A DNA stretch of 6,345 nucleotides from a virus. Of the stretch, positions 3,419 to 6,345 are shown in pieces. The notes beneath the pieces were generated by a model. It saw only the letters and a program-made list of their open reading frames with translations, had not been told where the DNA came from and did no database searches. A program made the translations under genes and the position numbers. Numbering within the stretch: position 1 is the stretch's first letter; each line of letters starts with the position of its first letter. The stretch is taken from IMG/VR virus record IMGVR_UViG_3300045988_001093, positions 1 through 6,345 of that record. One strand, 5' to 3'.

Positions 3419-4534
3419 CTATTTACGACCAATAGAATTACCAATACCTTGAAATATACGAGTGCCATAATCTACAGCATTCCGTAATTCATAAGAATCA
3501 ACGTCCTTCTGTTTATGCTTAGAAGACCATTTATAATAATCACGAAGAGCCTTATCCTTAGAATACTCAATATTCTTAAGGACATTGGTATTTTTCGAAT
3601 CCCATAATGAAGATAGACCTCGGGCACGGTTAGACTGAATATTTGCATAAATCAAAGAATCAGCGGTCTGAGAAGCAATCCTATTGTTAATTCGAATACC
3701 ATTGGTTTCAGCGGCAGTCTTAACAGCCTTAGCCATTTCAGATTTATATTGGGCTTCCGTAAGAGAACCTTGCGAGTACAGATTAGCAAGTGTCTGACCC
3801 TTAATAAATAGATCAGCTTGTTGTTGTTCATCCAGATATTTATTAAGTACCTGTTGGGCTTCAGAGTCAAGCAGAATCTGTGCCTCTTGAGCCGACGTAA
3901 GACGACCTGCAAATTCCATATTCCTAAGCTCCTGATATTCTTTAGACTGGTCCAATAGAGCAGAACGTCTACCAGTAGAAGCGTTCCAATAACCAGACTG
4001 ACCAACACCGATATTACGATAATTGGTATCACCAAGAATCTGGTTGATACGGTAGGGGGTAAGAGCAGCATTCTGTTCCGCGTTAATCATCGAAGCACGA
4101 GCCTGAGCCATAGAAGCGAGAGCAGAACCAACATCAGAGAAATCAGGACGGAATGCCTGCAAACTAGGAGGAGAACCAGCAGAAGCAGCAGCACCACCAG
4201 AAGCAGGAGATTTAGAAACACCAGCACCAGTAGAAGAACCGATAAATGGATTAAGACCTCGGGAAATCATAGCCTGAGGAGAATTATACTCATTATTCTT
4301 ATTCCACATCTGTTCTTGCCAATCACGCTGAAGTTGAGCCTGTTCAGCATTAAACTTATTATTCATCTCAGCAATCTCCTTGGAAGTCTCATTGGTTTTA
4401 TTCTGAGACGAAGCACCAATAGCATTACCAGCCAAAGAAGCACCAGCAGCAATAATACCACCAAGGACAAGCGGAGCAATATGCTTTTCGGAATGCCCCA
4501 TTAAGGGGCTTTCTCCAATATCATAAAACCTCAT
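3419..4534 (-). CDS. VP2: Minor capsid / DNA pilot protein VP2 (phiX174 gpH-like), 371 aa
   Basis: It has a Gly/Ala-rich hydrophobic N-terminus (IAPLVLGGIIAAGASLAGNAIGA). Next comes NNKFNAEQAQLQRDWQEQMWNKNNEYNSPQAMISRGLNP, which matches the FNA.EAQ..RDWQE.M.N......Q......GLNP signature I associate with microvirus VP2 proteins. After that comes a G/A/S/P-rich linker and a Q/A-rich, probably coiled-coil, C-terminal half. The ATG at 4534 overlaps the upstream TGA (ATGA). An alternative ATG at 4501 (MGHSEK...) follows a GGAGAA. Confidence 0.8.
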   Translation of the reverse strand: MRFYDIGESPLMGHSEKHIAPLVLGGIIAAGASLAGNAIGASSQNKTNETSKEIAEMNNKFNAEQAQLQRDWQEQMWNKNNEYNSPQAMISRGLNPFIGSSTGAGVSKSPASGGAAASAGSPPSLQAFRPDFSDVGSALASMAQARASMINAEQNAALTPYRINQILGDTNYRNIGVGQSGYWNASTGRRSALLDQSKEYQELRNMEFAGRLTSAQEAQILLDSEAQQVLNKYLDEQQQADLFIKGQTLANLYSQGSLTEAQYKSEMAKAVKTAAETNGIRINNRIASQTADSLIYANIQSNRARGLSSLWDSKNTNVLKNIEYSKDKALRDYYKWSSKHKQKDVDSYELRNAVDYGTRIFQGIGNSIGRK

Positions 4535-4974
4535 TGAGCAGAAGCGTCAGGGGCGGGCGACGAATCGGGCGCTGACTTTTGCTCGGCCAACATAGCTTCG
4601 GCATAAGCCGTCAATTCAGATTTTTCACTAGCCAATTGCTGAAGAACAGCCTGACGTTCAGACATTGTCTGACAATGCCGTGAAATAACACATTTAAACC
4701 GCTCCTCATCAGTCATACCATCCATAACAGTAGACTGAGTAGGATGCATCTGTGCAATAATATTCTGAACATTCATATCACCAAGTAAATTACGGTATTT
4801 TTCCTGATTCAGTAAGATTTGAGTCATATCAGCCTGAATCAAATCACCATCAGGAGTTTCGTCATACATAACCGAATCATAAACAGAAGGACTATAACAC
4901 GGATTGTCCTCAACACTAACAGGAACATATTCATCCTGAATAAAATCAAGGTTTTTATAAGCAAAATCTCTCAT
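4531..4974 (-). CDS. Hypothetical 147-aa acidic protein between VP1 and VP2 (possible internal scaffolding protein, judged by size and position only)
   Basis: Tracked ORF 4531..4980 begins TTG-ATT-ATG, so I place the start at the ATG at 4974 (MRDFAYKNLDF...). That is 10 nt after the VP1 TAA, and the upstream context is nearly identical to that of VP1. Codons are T3-biased and the stop overlaps the VP2 start. The function is a guess. Confidence 0.75.
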   Translation of the reverse strand: MRDFAYKNLDFIQDEYVPVSVEDNPCYSPSVYDSVMYDETPDGDLIQADMTQILLNQEKYRNLLGDMNVQNIIAQMHPTQSTVMDGMTDEERFKCVISRHCQTMSERQAVLQQLASEKSELTAYAEAMLAEQKSAPDSSPAPDASAQ

Positions 4975-4984
4975 AATCAATCAA

Positions 4985-6345
4985 TTAAAAAGGTAAACCA
5001 TTTCTATCCAAATTTTGAACAGCATATACTTGAAAATTAACATTACACAACAACTGGTCATAAGAAACACCTGAGTTAGTGCCAGAGACCTGAGGCAGAA
5101 ATATAGGGTTCAATTGTTGAGGGCGAACTTTCATAGACTGATAAGTAAAAGTACCAGAAGAAGTCAGCACATCCCAACCATCAAGAGGAGCAGACCACGA
5201 ATGATAGGAAAGACCTTTACGGAAACCAGCGTGAACGGTATCAATAGAAGACTTCCACTGCCAATAGCGAAGATTATATCCTAAAGAACCATTAGCGACA
5301 CGGGATTTATCATTAATAAGATTAAGAGCAGGAACAGGTTGCATACCAAGTTGGTCAAATGCAGGCTGCGGAAAATCAGAAACGGAAGTAACAGTTAACT
5401 GAGGAGCTTGACCAGACACATCCCAGTCAAGCATAGGTACAGCATGATAAACGCACATAATTACCTGATGTTCTGCGCCACAAGAATAGGTAATAGTATG
5501 ACCTGAATTAGAGCCAATACCTTTACCAGCAATACTAGCCTGTGATTCTTGCGTATCAAGATTAGTATTAACCACTTCATTAATATTAATAACATTGGAC
5601 CAGCCTCCAATATAATGAGAATGATTACCCATATACTCGGGAGCCTTAATACCAAACTGGGCAGCCATCTGGTCTGAATAATCCTTACTACTGAATTGTA
5701 CTACTTCTTTCCAACGCTGGAGATATTCGGTTGCACGAATTGAGAGGGCGGAAAGGTCAGAATTAAGAGTAACAGGAGTAGTAGCAGAAACAGATTCCGT
5801 CATAGAAACATCACCTGAACCTACTTTCTGATATAAATAAGAATTATTACGGGCGTCAGAAACAATACGGTTAGAAATATAAGCAGGAGCAAACGAAGAC
5901 GGCAAAACAGCTACCGAACCATACTGAGAATTAGGAAGCATGCCCATGAAATAATCTTTAGGATAGTTCGCATAACGAAGTTTAAACATATCAGGAGACA
6001 AGGCTAATTGTGACTTACCATCCCAATAATCTACATTATAAGAATAAGCGAGATGTTTTTCCCATTGGGAATTGCTGAAAAAATCATAGTAAATTTTCTG
6101 ATAAGCAAGCAAAGGAAGAAGATTCACAACCTGCGAAACTCTATAAACCAATGGATTCTTATCATCAGTAGAAGGAGAAAAACCTAAATAAGCTTTAGAA
6201 ATCGCGGCTTTAGAAGTATTATCCGATGCAATAAACGAACCATAACTTAACAAATCAAGAATTTTACAAGCACCATAGGAAAACGGAAGTCCAACATCAT
6301 CAAAAGAATCCGAAGCCTGAGCAAGAGCAAGAGCATTAGATATGA
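4985..6345 (-). CDS. VP1: Major capsid protein VP1/F, C-terminal part (unique sequence 4985..6290; 6291..6345 duplicates 1..55)
   Basis: The tracked ORF 4985..6253 begins at a TTG only because the caller needed a start codon. The frame is open all the way to the window edge and continues at 416..1. This is a large protein with a Microviridae capsid-like N-terminus (see feature 1..416). The TAA stop is at 4985-4987. The joined length is 573 aa. Confidence 0.9.
   Translation of the reverse strand, partial: ISNALALAQASDSFDDVGLPFSYGACKILDLLSYGSFIASDNTSKAAISKAYLGFSPSTDDKNPLVYRVSQVVNLLPLLAYQKIYYDFFSNSQWEKHLAYSYNVDYWDGKSQLALSPDMFKLRYANYPKDYFMGMLPNSQYGSVAVLPSSFAPAYISNRIVSDARNNSYLYQKVGSGDVSMTESVSATTPVTLNSDLSALSIRATEYLQRWKEVVQFSSKDYSDQMAAQFGIKAPEYMGNHSHYIGGWSNVININEVVNTNLDTQESQASIAGKGIGSNSGHTITYSCGAEHQVIMCVYHAVPMLDWDVSGQAPQLTVTSVSDFPQPAFDQLGMQPVPALNLINDKSRVANGSLGYNLRYWQWKSSIDTVHAGFRKGLSYHSWSAPLDGWDVLTSSGTFTYQSMKVRPQQLNPIFLPQVSGTNSGVSYDQLLCNVNFQVYAVQNLDRNGLPF
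6291..6345. repeat. Terminal direct repeat, copy 2 (circular-contig assembly overlap)
   Basis: Identical to bases 1-55. Confidence 0.95.

Noticed and set aside
3286-3468. A 60-aa minus-strand ORF spanning the VP2 3' end, the terminator and promoter P1.
   Set aside because: It starts inside VP2 in another frame and reads through a strong terminator hairpin and a promoter-like region. Its sequence is hydrophobic, low-complexity and AT-driven. It is most likely spurious.
1-6345. CRISPR arrays, integrase or transposase genes, toxin-antitoxin pairs, and other defence or anti-defence systems.
   Set aside because: There are no spaced repeat arrays. No ORF has recombinase or transposase motifs. All long ORFs are accounted for by the microvirus core genes plus the peptidase.

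Overview
The window is one complete circular Microviridae (small ssDNA phage) genome, shown as the reverse complement of its coding sense. Bases 1-55 are identical to 6291-6345, so the unit genome is 6290 nt with a 55-nt assembly overlap. All credible genes lie on the minus strand and are tightly packed, with ATGA overlaps or 2-16 nt gaps.

Gene order in coding sense:
- VP1 major capsid: 573 aa, split across the window ends. Its N-terminal 138 codons at 416..1 are missing from the supplied ORF track.
- A 147-aa protein of unknown function.
- VP2 pilot/minor capsid protein.
- A strong intrinsic terminator.
- A non-coding region of about 730 nt, unusually long for this family.
- A 65-aa ORF, then a 27-aa single-pass membrane peptide.
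- A 102-aa M15-type zinc peptidase.
- VP4 HUH rolling-circle Rep (559 aa), which runs back into VP1.

The long non-coding region holds the least explained content:
- A 189-nt island at 2923-3111 is about 61% GC, against about 31% in the flanking DNA.
- The island folds into a nested, non-crossing set of five helices closed by a 10/11-nt inverted repeat.
- It carries a repeated GGGTGTATA motif, with one copy in a hairpin apex.
- One hairpin looks like a bidirectional terminator.
- The region also has two Bacteroides-type promoters (TTTG / TAnnTTTG) and a possible 50-aa ORF.

The second notable item is a holin-like peptide translationally coupled to an M15 peptidase, in a family whose classical members lyse without a muralytic enzyme. 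No start codon has a Shine-Dalgarno sequence, and one promoter matches the Bacteroides consensus exactly. Together these suggest a Bacteroidota host; this is an inference.

I found no tRNA, rRNA, CRISPR array, integrase or transposase. All functional calls rest on motifs I recognise by eye. No database search was run.
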